From: an uncultured Clostridia bacterium
Lineage (GTDB): Bacteria > Bacillota > Clostridia > Oscillospirales > Oscillospiraceae
Reading direction: 5' to 3'
Assembly (NCBI GenBank): GCA_945487445.1
Contig: CALYTU010000001.1
Coordinates: 1-35,576, forward strand
DNA: 35,576 nt
The notes below the pieces were generated by a model. That model was not told the DNA's origin and made no database searches. It was given only the letters and a program-made list of their open reading frames with translations. Both the position numbers and the translations under genes were made by a program. Below are positions 1-8,112 of the stretch, one piece after another (position 1 is the stretch's first letter; each line of letters opens with the position of its first letter).

Positions 1-42
1 ACGCAAAAAGGAACGGATTTCTCACTTCGTTCGAAATGACAG

Positions 43-669
43 ATGGGGCTACTGGATAGATACTTTGAAAGGATTAAATTAGGAAGTGGTTGTTTGCTGA
101 AGCTGTTTAAGGACGGAAAGATCTGGACGATTCCGAATTGCCTGTCTTTCTTCCGTCTGCTCCTTGTTCCCGTCATCGCCTGGGCCTATTTGGGGCGTCA
201 GGATATCACGCTGACGATCATCCTCCTTGCCGTCTCCGCTTTGACGGATATCCTTGACGGGCAAATCGCGCGGCGCTTTCACATGGTCTCCGACCTTGGC
301 AAAGCGCTCGACCCTGTGGCAGATAAGCTTACGCAGGTTTGTATTGTTCTCTGCCTCGCGTTCACCTACCCCCTTCTGTGGTTTCTGCTGGGTCTTTGTG
401 TATTCCGTGAGATCTGCATGGCAATTTTGGGCTATATCACGATCCGCAAGACAGGGAAAGTCCCGGGTGCTCAGTGGTATGGCAAGGTGGCGACCTTTGT
501 TCTCTATGCTTCCGCGCTGGCGCTGCTGGTGTTCCCCCACATGCCCGCCTGGGTCTGCACGGGGTTGATCGTGCTGAGCATGGTTTGCGTCGTCATGGCG
601 CTTGTGCTCTATACCCGTTTCTATCTTGGTGTCTGGAAGAAGTCCTCTTCGCAAAATGCCGCCGTATGA
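43..669 (+). CDS. CDP-alcohol phosphatidyltransferase family protein (PgsA-like)
   Basis: 208-aa ORF. The family signature D-x2-DG-x2-AR-x8-G-x3-D-x3-D is present as DILDGQIARRFHMVSDLGKALDPVADK. There are several hydrophobic TM segments. A strong hairpin terminator follows the stop. Confidence 0.75.
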   Translation: MGLLDRYFERIKLGSGCLLKLFKDGKIWTIPNCLSFFRLLLVPVIAWAYLGRQDITLTIILLAVSALTDILDGQIARRFHMVSDLGKALDPVADKLTQVCIVLCLAFTYPLLWFLLGLCVFREICMAILGYITIRKTGKVPGAQWYGKVATFVLYASALALLVFPHMPAWVCTGLIVLSMVCVVMALVLYTRFYLGVWKKSSSQNAAV

Positions 670-676
670 AGATGAT

Positions 677-713
677 AAAACAGCCGTGACCGAAATCGGC
701 CACGGCTGTTTTT
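677..713. terminator. Bidirectional intrinsic terminator between convergent genes
   Basis: aaaaCAGCCGTGaCCGaaatCGGcCACGGCTGttttt: an 8-bp outer plus 3-bp inner stem, flanked by an A-run on the left and a T-run on the right. It lies directly after both stop codons (667-669 on + and 712-714 on -). Confidence 0.7.
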
Positions 714-1143
714 ATTCGTCTCTCAATTCAGGCTCAAAGACCTCGCGAAACGCCTGTGCCGCTTCCCCGTTCTGATCGGCATAGGCGGCAAAATCCGCCT
801 GGCTCAGCATTCCCACAAGTCTGCCGTCATGCGTGACTGGCAGGCGGCGGACCTGGTGTTTTCCCATGGTACGGGCCGCGTGGACGCCGCTCTCCTCTGC
901 CGGGACCGTCACAGCGCCGGAGCTCATGACGGTACGGACCCTGGTAATGTTGGGATCAAAGTTCGCGGCCACGCAGCGGACGGTAATATCCCGGTCAGTG
1001 AGCATTCCGACCAGTTTTCCGCCCTGGGTGGTAACAGGAAGCGCGCCCACATTGTGTCGGCTCAGAAGCCGCGCCGCAGCCGCGACGGTTTCCTCGCGGT
1101 CCACCGTGATCAGATGACTGGACATGAAATCCTTGACTTGCAT
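712..1143 (-). CDS. CBS-pair domain protein
   Basis: Two CBS repeats are present (..HNVGALPVTTQGGKLVGMLTDRDI.. and ..HQVRRLPVTHDGRLVGMLSQADF..). The ORF track extends to 1188. I place the start at ATG 1143 (MQVKDFM) because AAGGAGAGG lies 8 nt upstream of it. Confidence 0.7.
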   Translation of the reverse strand: MQVKDFMSSHLITVDREETVAAAARLLSRHNVGALPVTTQGGKLVGMLTDRDITVRCVAANFDPNITRVRTVMSSGAVTVPAEESGVHAARTMGKHQVRRLPVTHDGRLVGMLSQADFAAYADQNGEAAQAFREVFEPELRDE

Positions 1144-1221
1144 AGAAGCATCCTCTCCTTGAAATATGTTCAAAGGGAGGATGCCCATTTTTATTCTGTT
1201 TATTCGTATTCGATTGGTTTA

Positions 1222-3096
1222 TTACTGCTTCAACCTGAGTTCTTTTTTGAAAAACGCGGCTGTCTGTTGCAAAACCTCGTCACGGAAGGGATTTTCCAGC
1301 TCCGCATCCTCCATGACCTGCTGAACGCCCGCTTCATAATCGCGATCCAACAGACGGAAATAGGCTTTCACGCCTTCCCCCTCCCCGGCCGCTTCCAGCC
1401 GGTAGACCTGCAGAGCAGTCTCAGCTGAAACGCAATAGCTGATGATATAGTAAGGGGCCTCGAAGAAATGGATCACATCGATCCACGCCTGCGAATAGTA
1501 AAAATCGAAGCTCTCCTCATACACACCGTAGTCCTTGCAGCACTGCCGATAGAGCGCGTTGATCTTCCCGACCGTGATCTCCTCCGGGTCGAGGGCATAA
1601 ACACGTTCTTCAAAATCCGCGTAGGCGGCCTGATAGACAAAGGTTTGCAGCGAGTCCAGCAGCTTCGCGCGAAGCAGATTCTTCTTCTCCCGATCCGAAA
1701 GCGTTTCGGTGTACTTGAGCGCCAGAAACTCCATGGACTGGGAAAAGGTTTCGGCAGTTTCGAGGTCCTCGACCGCGCCGTAGTTGTAGTAGGAATCGGT
1801 AAAGTGCCCGAACTCATGGGCAAAGGTCGTGTAATCCTCCCCGCTCCCCTGGGCGTTTACCAGAACAAACGGCGCCTCATAGTCATAGATATAGGACTGG
1901 AAGGAGGCGTCTATCTTGGAAGCAGACCTGCCGATATCGCAGAGCTCGTAAGCGCGCATGAAACGGAAGGCGTCCCAGACGGCGCCGCCGAGCTGCCGCG
2001 CCGCGGACTGCACCATCTCCATCACGTCCTGCTCCGAGGCGGTTCCATAGCTCTCCCCCAGCGGCTGATCCGCTTCGGCCTGATTCAGCACAGGCGCCAA
2101 ATGCTCGTGAATGCCCTCAATGAACGCACGCCCCTGCTCCGGCGTGTAGTCGCGGCTATAACCGATTTCATAGCTGTATGCGGCGTAGCTGTCAAAGTCC
2201 AGCGCGGCGGCAAGCTGCCGGCGGACCTTGACAAGCCGAACAAAAATGTCTCCGACCGCGGCGTTGTACTGTGCATAATAAGCCTTCAGGGCGCCAATAT
2301 ATTCCAGATAGTCTTTGCTCTCCAGCCACTCCTCCAAAGGCTTCGTGACGCCGTTGTATTCCACCTGAATGTCCGCTGTCAGATCGCGGTATTCACGCAT
2401 CAGCGCTTCCTCCTCCTGCGAGAGGCGAAGAAACTCAGGGTTTGTATACACTTCATAGTCGTCGAAGCTCTCAAAATAATCTTCGCCGAAATACTGTTCC
2501 TCCAGGTCGTCCCGGCTGGGAGAGGCGGCGAAGGCCTTGTTCAAAGCCTCCAGCTTCTCCTCCAGATTCGGGGTCTCATCCTCGCAAAAATCATACTCTC
2601 CCTTGTAATACGGGTCCGCCGTGTTGAGACTGTAACGGATATTCGCCAGCGTATCCATGGAATAGAAGCTGATATATTGACCGTAGAGCTCATAATAGTC
2701 GTCCAGGAGGGCTTCCGCGTTCTTCTCGGAAGCGGCCCGCTCGATCAGCGCGTCGAAGTCCGCATAAAGGGACTCCACGTCCGGACGTACATATTCCATC
2801 TCCGAGAACGGAACGAGCGCTACCTGCCCGTCGGGCAGGTAGTCCTTCTGCCCGGCGTTTTGCCATCGAATCAGGGCCTCATCATCCCAGTCGATCGTCT
2901 CTGTTGTGCCGGTCTGCGCCAGCGTGCTTTCTGTTTGACGGAACGTGGGGGCATCGGCTGACGAAGCAGCCGGCGGGACCGTCGGCATGTCCGGAACCGG
3001 CAGAATTCCCACGCCAAAGCAGCCGGAAAACAGCAGGCTGATTGAAAGCAGCACTGCCGAAAGGCGGACCGCTGGAAGATTGTATCTTTTTTTCAT
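1222..3096 (-). CDS. M3B-family oligoendopeptidase (PepF-like), predicted lipoprotein
   Basis: Zinc motif HEFGH (TFAHEFGHFTDSY) with the downstream ETAETFSQSME glutamate region. The N-terminal signal peptide has the lipobox LFSG|C, followed by a Pro/Ser/Thr/Ala-rich linker. The ATG overlaps the upstream stop as ATGA. Confidence 0.8.
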   Translation of the reverse strand: MKKRYNLPAVRLSAVLLSISLLFSGCFGVGILPVPDMPTVPPAASSADAPTFRQTESTLAQTGTTETIDWDDEALIRWQNAGQKDYLPDGQVALVPFSEMEYVRPDVESLYADFDALIERAASEKNAEALLDDYYELYGQYISFYSMDTLANIRYSLNTADPYYKGEYDFCEDETPNLEEKLEALNKAFAASPSRDDLEEQYFGEDYFESFDDYEVYTNPEFLRLSQEEEALMREYRDLTADIQVEYNGVTKPLEEWLESKDYLEYIGALKAYYAQYNAAVGDIFVRLVKVRRQLAAALDFDSYAAYSYEIGYSRDYTPEQGRAFIEGIHEHLAPVLNQAEADQPLGESYGTASEQDVMEMVQSAARQLGGAVWDAFRFMRAYELCDIGRSASKIDASFQSYIYDYEAPFVLVNAQGSGEDYTTFAHEFGHFTDSYYNYGAVEDLETAETFSQSMEFLALKYTETLSDREKKNLLRAKLLDSLQTFVYQAAYADFEERVYALDPEEITVGKINALYRQCCKDYGVYEESFDFYYSQAWIDVIHFFEAPYYIISYCVSAETALQVYRLEAAGEGEGVKAYFRLLDRDYEAGVQQVMEDAELENPFRDEVLQQTAAFFKKELRLKQ

Positions 3097-3881
3097 GGTT
3101 CTTTCTCCCCGATTTCTTCAAATAGGGAACGAAGCGCCCGATAGGCCATGGGGCTGCCGCCCAGGACGCTGCTTTTTGCAAGCAGGTCCAGAGGGGCTCC
3201 GTCAATCTGGGTCACAACGCAGCCCGCCTCCTCCGCAATCAAAGAACCCGCCGCGTAATCCCAGGGACTGAGCCTGCACTCAAAGAAGGCCCCCGCCTTC
3301 CCCGCCGCAAGATAACAGAGGTCCAAAGCCGCGCTGCCGAACCGGCGAATGTCCTGGACCAGGGGGAAGGCCGCGTTGAACAACCGCAGCGTTTCGGGGA
3401 CCAGCTCCCGGTAATAGAGCGCTGTGCCGAAAATCAAAAGACTGTGGTCGAGTGGATGATCCTGACACTGAATCGGAACGCCGTTCCGCTCCGCCCCCCT
3501 GCCCCTCTGGGCAGAATAGAGCTCCCCGTCATAAGGATTATATACCACGCCGAACTCCATTCGTCCTTCATGGGCCAGTCCAACACTGACGCAGCTGTTG
3601 TGAAATCCCTGGATGAAGTTCGTGGTTCCGTCGATGGGATCGACGATGTATAGCCATTCCTTTTTCTGCAGGTCCTCCGAGCTGTCGCCCTCCTCGCCGA
3701 GAAAGCCAGCTTCCGGAAGCAGGGCAAGCAGCTCCCGGCGCAGATGCTCCTGCACCAAAAGATCATATTTTGTCACAAGGTCCCGCGGTCCTGTCTTTTC
3801 CCGGACGGAGTTGGAAACGTCCCTAGCGGAGCACACAATCGCGCCGGCCTCACGAACGATCTCTGTCAATCGCTGCAGCAT
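3093..3881 (-). CDS. Inositol monophosphatase family protein (SuhB/IMPase-like)
   Basis: IMPase motifs WLYIVDPIDGTTNF and WDYAAG are present. I place the start at ATG 3881 (MLQRLTEIV) with GAAGGT upstream. The ORF-track start at 3968 runs into the upstream gene. Confidence 0.8.
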   Translation of the reverse strand: MLQRLTEIVREAGAIVCSARDVSNSVREKTGPRDLVTKYDLLVQEHLRRELLALLPEAGFLGEEGDSSEDLQKKEWLYIVDPIDGTTNFIQGFHNSCVSVGLAHEGRMEFGVVYNPYDGELYSAQRGRGAERNGVPIQCQDHPLDHSLLIFGTALYYRELVPETLRLFNAAFPLVQDIRRFGSAALDLCYLAAGKAGAFFECRLSPWDYAAGSLIAEEAGCVVTQIDGAPLDLLAKSSVLGGSPMAYRALRSLFEEIGEKEP

Positions 3882-3914
3882 GGCAATACCTTCTTTTTTG
3901 CATGATGATGTGAA

Positions 3915-3943
3915 ATTATACCGCATTACAGCAAAAAAATCAA
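3915..3943 (-). promoter_or_regulatory. Candidate sigma-70-type promoter for the IMPase/peptidase/CBS genes
   Basis: On the minus strand, TTGATT (3938-3943), a 17-bp spacer, then TATAAT (3915-3920). It overlaps the stop codon of the upstream carrier gene, about 35 nt upstream of ATG 3881. Confidence 0.4.
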
Positions 3944-5304
3944 GAAATACTCCGTGAACTTTCCACAACTTTGCCGGACAGAAGCAGTAAGGCGAGCACG
4001 TTTGGAATCGCCATCAGGCCGTTGCACACATTTGCTGCCATCCAGACGCCGCGGGCCGAGCACAAAGGCGCAACAGCAACTGTGCACGCATAGAGAAGCA
4101 AATAGACGCGCCGAATCCGCGCCTTGCCCCCTGTCAGAAAGTCCAGGCAGGCCGTTCCGTAGCAGCTCCATCCAACGACCGTGGTAAAGGCGAAAAGTGT
4201 CAAGACTGTGAAAACCAAAATTCTCGCCGCTGTTTCCGGCAGGGGCAGCCCCCGGGAGAAGGCGGTCATTGCCGCGCCGACCCCGGAACCATCGGACCCC
4301 GTCACAAGAATTACGAGCCCGGTCAACGTACAAATCAGAAGGGTGTCAAACACGGTTGCCGTCATCGAGATCAGGCCCTGTTCCCAGGGCTCGACGCCCT
4401 CAGCCGAGGCGGCGGCGATCGGCGCTGTGCCAAGACCGGCTTCATTGGAAAACACACCCCGGCTGACGCCGGCCACGACGCAGCCCAACCAGCCTCCTCC
4501 CACCGCTTCAGGATGAAGGGCCGATCGAAAGACCTGATGAATTGCGTCTGGTAGAGCAGTTGCGTGACGAATCAGAATCCAAAGACAGCAAAGGACATAG
4601 AGCCCGCCCATCACCGGGACCAGAACAGACGAAAAGCGGCTGACGCGCTCCATCCCGCCAAACATCACGCGGGCGGCGAGCAGCGCCAAAATCAGACCGA
4701 CTGCCACGCCGGCAAACGGCACCGCGGCGCCCCAGGGCAGATGCAGGAGCGTCTGTCCTCCGGTCACATGCGAGATTAGCGCGGACAGACAGGCGGTGAC
4801 GCTCCCGACCTGCACGAATGTCCCCACCCCGCACAGACCGGCCAGCGCGCCGAGCACGGCAAACAGAACCGCAAGCGGACGAAACCCCTTTCCAAGCCCC
4901 TGCGCGATATACGCAAAGGGACCGCCGTAATGTCGTCCGTTTTCATCCCGACTGCGGAAGCGGACGGCGAGCAGCCCTTCGGCATACTTGAGCGAGAGGC
5001 CGGTCAGGGCGCTAAGCTCCATCCACACCAGCGCGCCCGGACCGCCGAGGGACAGGGCTGTGGCAACGCCGACGATATTCCCCGTCCCAACCGTTGCCGA
5101 AAGGGCCGTACAGAGCGCGCCAAATGGCGTAACCCCCGCCCCGGGCGCAGGTTTTCGGCGAAAGGTCAGACGCATGGCCAGGGGCAGTCTGCGCAGCGGC
5201 AAAAATCGAAGCCGAACTGTCAGCCATACCCCGGAGCCTAAAAGCAGTGCCAACAGCGGCCAGCCCCAGAGCGCACGTTCCAATCGCAGCAGCAGCTCCT
5301 CCAT
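3940..5304 (-). CDS. Alanine/glycine:cation symporter (AGCS) family amino-acid carrier
   Basis: AGCS-type motif ..SATVGTGNIVGVATA.. and at least 10 hydrophobic segments. I place the start at ATG 5304 (MEELLLRLERALWGWPLL), with GGAGG 6 nt upstream. The ORF track extends to 5361. Confidence 0.85.
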   Translation of the reverse strand: MEELLLRLERALWGWPLLALLLGSGVWLTVRLRFLPLRRLPLAMRLTFRRKPAPGAGVTPFGALCTALSATVGTGNIVGVATALSLGGPGALVWMELSALTGLSLKYAEGLLAVRFRSRDENGRHYGGPFAYIAQGLGKGFRPLAVLFAVLGALAGLCGVGTFVQVGSVTACLSALISHVTGGQTLLHLPWGAAVPFAGVAVGLILALLAARVMFGGMERVSRFSSVLVPVMGGLYVLCCLWILIRHATALPDAIHQVFRSALHPEAVGGGWLGCVVAGVSRGVFSNEAGLGTAPIAAASAEGVEPWEQGLISMTATVFDTLLICTLTGLVILVTGSDGSGVGAAMTAFSRGLPLPETAARILVFTVLTLFAFTTVVGWSCYGTACLDFLTGGKARIRRVYLLLYACTVAVAPLCSARGVWMAANVCNGLMAIPNVLALLLLSGKVVESSRSIS

Positions 5305-5393
5305 GCCAATCCTCCGTTTCCGCGGCGCAGCCGCGCCGCTTTGATATGGTGGGTACAGCATATGTTTTTCAACTGCCGGACATGAAAAAACAC

Positions 5394-5422
5394 TTGCGCA
5401 AATCGCGCTGACATACTATAAT
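5394..5422 (+). promoter_or_regulatory. Candidate murC promoter P1
   Basis: TTGCGC (5394-5399), a 17-bp spacer, then consensus TATAAT (5417-5422). The -10 element is repeated at 5468-5473 by the tandem duplication. The murC ATG is at 5540, with AGGAGG at 5524-5529. Confidence 0.5.
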
Positions 5423-5509
5423 GAAACAAATAAAGACTGTCTTCCTCCGCAAATCGCGCTGACATACTATAATGAAACAAATAAAGACTGTCTTCCTCCG
5501 CAAATCGCG
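5397..5509. repeat. Perfect 51-bp tandem direct repeat, 2.2 copies
   Basis: The unit cgcaaatcgcgctgacatactataatgaaacaaataaagactgtcttcctc occupies 5397-5447 and is identical at 5448-5498. An 11-nt partial third copy follows at 5499-5509. The repeated peptide in ORF 5238..5480 (FHYSMSARFA twice) confirms the repeat. Confidence 0.95.
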
Positions 5510-5539
5510 GAGAATCCCTGATCAGGAGGCATCCCTTTT

Positions 5540-6913
5540 ATGGAAGCTCATACCGTAAAAAAGATCCGGGCCTGCTTTGCGCCCGGAAACCGTGTCCATC
5601 TTGTCGGCATCGGCGGCGTTTCCATGCGTCCGCTTGCGATTGTCCTTGCCGAACGCGGGATGGTAATCTCAGGCTCCGATATGAACGCCACAGTCTCCAC
5701 AGAGGAACTGCGTGCGTGCGGCATCACTGTCCACATTGGCCACAGCGCGGAAAACATTCACGGCGCTTGCTGTGTGATTCGCACGGCTGCCGCGCACAAT
5801 GACAACCCGGAGATCGCCGCCGCCAGGGCCGCGGGCATTCCCGTCTTTGAACGCGCGGAGGCCTGGGGCGTTTTGATGCAGGAATACAAGAACGCGATCT
5901 GTATCGCCGGAACCCACGGCAAGACGACCACAACTGCCATGATTACGCATATCTTCATGGAGGCGGACCGGGATCCCACCGTCATGATCGGCGGATACCT
6001 GCCCCTGCTGCACGCCGGACATCGCGTCGGAGGCGGCGATACCATTATCGCTGAGAGCTGCGAATACTGCAACTCCTTCCATAACTTCTTTCCCACGGTG
6101 GCTGTCATCAACAATATCGAGGAGGATCACCTGGATTTCTTCCAGAATCTGACGGAGATCAAAGCATCCTTCCGCCATTTTGCGGAGCTGACTCCGCCGG
6201 ACGGGAAGATCATCGCCAACGGTGAAGACATCAATACCGTGGACGCGCTGCACGGCCTTTCCTATGTGACCTTCGGCCTCGGCGCGGACAATGACGTGCA
6301 TCCCGAGCATGTCTCCGAGGACTGGCGGCATTGTACCGTGATTTGCGGCGGCAAGCCCTATTGTACACTGTCTTTGGCAGTATATGGACAATTCAATCTG
6401 ATCAACGCCATGGGTGCCTGTGCTGTGGCCTGGCAGATGGGCATTGACGGACAGACCGCTGCCCGCGGGCTTGCGGGCTTCCGGGGCGCCGGACGCCGCT
6501 TGGAGTATAAGGGCCGCTGCCGCGGTGCGGACGTCTACGACGACTACGCACACCATCCCCATGAGGTCCGCTCCATGCTCCAGGCTGTGCGTACCATGGG
6601 TTATCAGCGAGTGATTATGGCTTTCCAGCCCCACACCTACACCCGGACAAAGGCCCTGTTCGAACAGTTTGTAACAGAGCTGCAGGAACCGGACGTGCTG
6701 GTTCTGGCGGAAATATACGCAGCACGCGAGCGCAACACGGCAAATATTCACTCCAGCGATCTTGCTGCGAGAATTCCCGGCGCGGTCTGTTTCGACACCC
6801 TGCCCGAGGTCTCCGCCTATCTGCAATCCATTGCACGCGCAGGCGACGTCATCTTGACCGTGGGCGCAGGAGACATCTACAAGGCGGGAGAGGCGATCTG
6901 CGAGAAAAAATAA
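5540..6913 (+). CDS. murC: UDP-N-acetylmuramate--L-alanine ligase
   Basis: 457 aa. N-terminal VHLVGIGGVSM Rossmann motif, Mur-ligase P-loop AGTHGKTTTTAM, and MurC-like length and C-terminal domain. Confidence 0.95.
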   Translation: MEAHTVKKIRACFAPGNRVHLVGIGGVSMRPLAIVLAERGMVISGSDMNATVSTEELRACGITVHIGHSAENIHGACCVIRTAAAHNDNPEIAAARAAGIPVFERAEAWGVLMQEYKNAICIAGTHGKTTTTAMITHIFMEADRDPTVMIGGYLPLLHAGHRVGGGDTIIAESCEYCNSFHNFFPTVAVINNIEEDHLDFFQNLTEIKASFRHFAELTPPDGKIIANGEDINTVDALHGLSYVTFGLGADNDVHPEHVSEDWRHCTVICGGKPYCTLSLAVYGQFNLINAMGACAVAWQMGIDGQTAARGLAGFRGAGRRLEYKGRCRGADVYDDYAHHPHEVRSMLQAVRTMGYQRVIMAFQPHTYTRTKALFEQFVTELQEPDVLVLAEIYAARERNTANIHSSDLAARIPGAVCFDTLPEVSAYLQSIARAGDVILTVGAGDIYKAGEAICEKK

Positions 6914-6942
6914 GAATCGTATAGAACCGAAATGATATAATT

Positions 6943-6986
6943 AGACACGCTCTGCCGCGATTACAGCAGTGCGTGTCTTGTTTCTT
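6943..6986 (+). terminator. Probable intrinsic terminator of murC
   Basis: AGACACGC-t-CTGC [10-nt loop] GCAG-t-GCGTGTCT (8+4 bp), followed by tgtttctt. It lies 30 nt after the murC stop. Confidence 0.55.
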
Positions 6987-7194
6987 GCGGCCCCGCAAAG
7001 GCCGAAGGCGAGATGTTCTGCGTCAAATTATACATTTATCTGATAAAACGCTTCAAATAGATTTGCGAGGCAGATTTGCGCAAGACGAGGCGGAGGACGC
7101 AGGCGGACTTAACGCCCGGCAAGGACGATAACAAAATATGGCACGAATCTGATCGCAAAGATATAAAATGGTTTTATTCGATAATCGGATCAGT

Positions 7195-8049
7195 CTACTT
7201 TTTCTCGGGTTCTACGAGCTGCCGTCGCCACAGCTTGTCCTCGCGGTAGATGAGGTTGCCGAGGCCGCCGTCGCGCCGCTTGAGAGAATGGGGCAGACGC
7301 TCCTTTGCGGTGAAGCCCTTGTAACCTCTGAGATCATAGGGAATGCGGTCTGTGTCCCCGGCAAGGACCTGGTCGCAGACACGGATGACAGCCTCAATGA
7401 TTTCAAAGGGCAGCTCTCCCGTTCCGTGGCCCTCCAAAATCCGGTCCACCTTCCCTTCTAAAAGTCCCTTGAGCCGAATCAGCGTGTCGCGGTACTCCTC
7501 AACGGTGGTGGCCTCCTTGCCAAGCAGGAAGCTGGCGTTACTCACGCTGTCACCGGAGAAGAGGATGCGGTGCTCCCGGTCTAGGAAGACCAGATTACCC
7601 CTTGTGTGGCCCGGACAGGCGATTGCCTCCAGTGTCGTCCCACCGAGGTCGAACAAGTCGCCCCCGCGGACAGGATGAAACCTGTTATAGTCCGGGGGCG
7701 GAAGCATGTCCTCGGGCGTCACCAGCTTAGCGTCGCGGGAAATTTTCAAGCCAAGCAGACGGTAGTCCGCATCGGAGCTCCAATGAAATATCTCCCGATC
7801 CTCCGGGTTGAGATAGACCTCCTGAAATTCGACCGCGCCCATGGCGTGATCCTGGTGTCCATGCGTGAGCAGTACGATCAAAGGCAGGTCGTTATAGGGA
7901 TCGACCGCCGCCTTCAAAGAGCCGAAGCCGCTGCCCGCGTCGATCAGCGCGGCCCGCTGCGTGCCGCGCACCAGATACATCCGCTCATGAAAGCGGCCCA
8001 AAAATTCCGTAATATGGTCCGTAATCTGGCGGACCGCAAAAGTTACCAT
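7195..8049 (-). CDS. MBL-fold metallo-hydrolase
   Basis: 284 aa. The HxHxDH motif is present as LLTHGHQDHAMG, with later CPGHTRG and EGHG metal ligands. It is the last gene of the ior operon. The substrate cannot be read from the sequence. Confidence 0.8.
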   Translation of the reverse strand: MVTFAVRQITDHITEFLGRFHERMYLVRGTQRAALIDAGSGFGSLKAAVDPYNDLPLIVLLTHGHQDHAMGAVEFQEVYLNPEDREIFHWSSDADYRLLGLKISRDAKLVTPEDMLPPPDYNRFHPVRGGDLFDLGGTTLEAIACPGHTRGNLVFLDREHRILFSGDSVSNASFLLGKEATTVEEYRDTLIRLKGLLEGKVDRILEGHGTGELPFEIIEAVIRVCDQVLAGDTDRIPYDLRGYKGFTAKERLPHSLKRRDGGLGNLIYREDKLWRRQLVEPEKK

Positions 8050-8070
8050 ATCATCACCATTTCGAGAGGA

Positions 8071-8112
8071 CGCCCTCCGGCGGTTGACCGGAGGGCGATT
8101 TCCTTTTTGTTT
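8071..8112. terminator. 10-bp GC hairpin between the lyase and MBL genes; its T-tract is on the + strand
   Basis: CGCCCTCCGG cggttga CCGGAGGGCG, followed on the + strand by atttcctttttgttttt. On the coding (-) strand the A-tract precedes the stem and only TCCTCTC follows it. Confidence 0.45.

Noticed and set aside
5238-5480. An 80-aa minus-strand ORF containing an internal peptide repeat (FHYSMSARFA...FHYSMSARFA).
   Set aside because: The peptide repeat is simply the translation of the 51-bp DNA tandem duplication. The ORF starts at a TTG without an SD sequence and runs into the 5' end of the carrier gene in another frame.
5397-5509. Whether the direct repeats could be a minimal CRISPR array or a transposon end.
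   Set aside because: The copies abut directly with no spacers. The unit is 51 bp, AT-rich and non-palindromic, with no cas or transposase genes nearby. It is a simple tandem duplication.
6914-7194. Possible small peptides (for example ATG at 7012, 11 codons) and a G-rich low-complexity tract in the murC-MBL gap.
   Set aside because: There are no SD sequences, the frames are very short and nothing suggests conservation-worthy features. The region is treated as non-coding; see the sRNA candidate finding.
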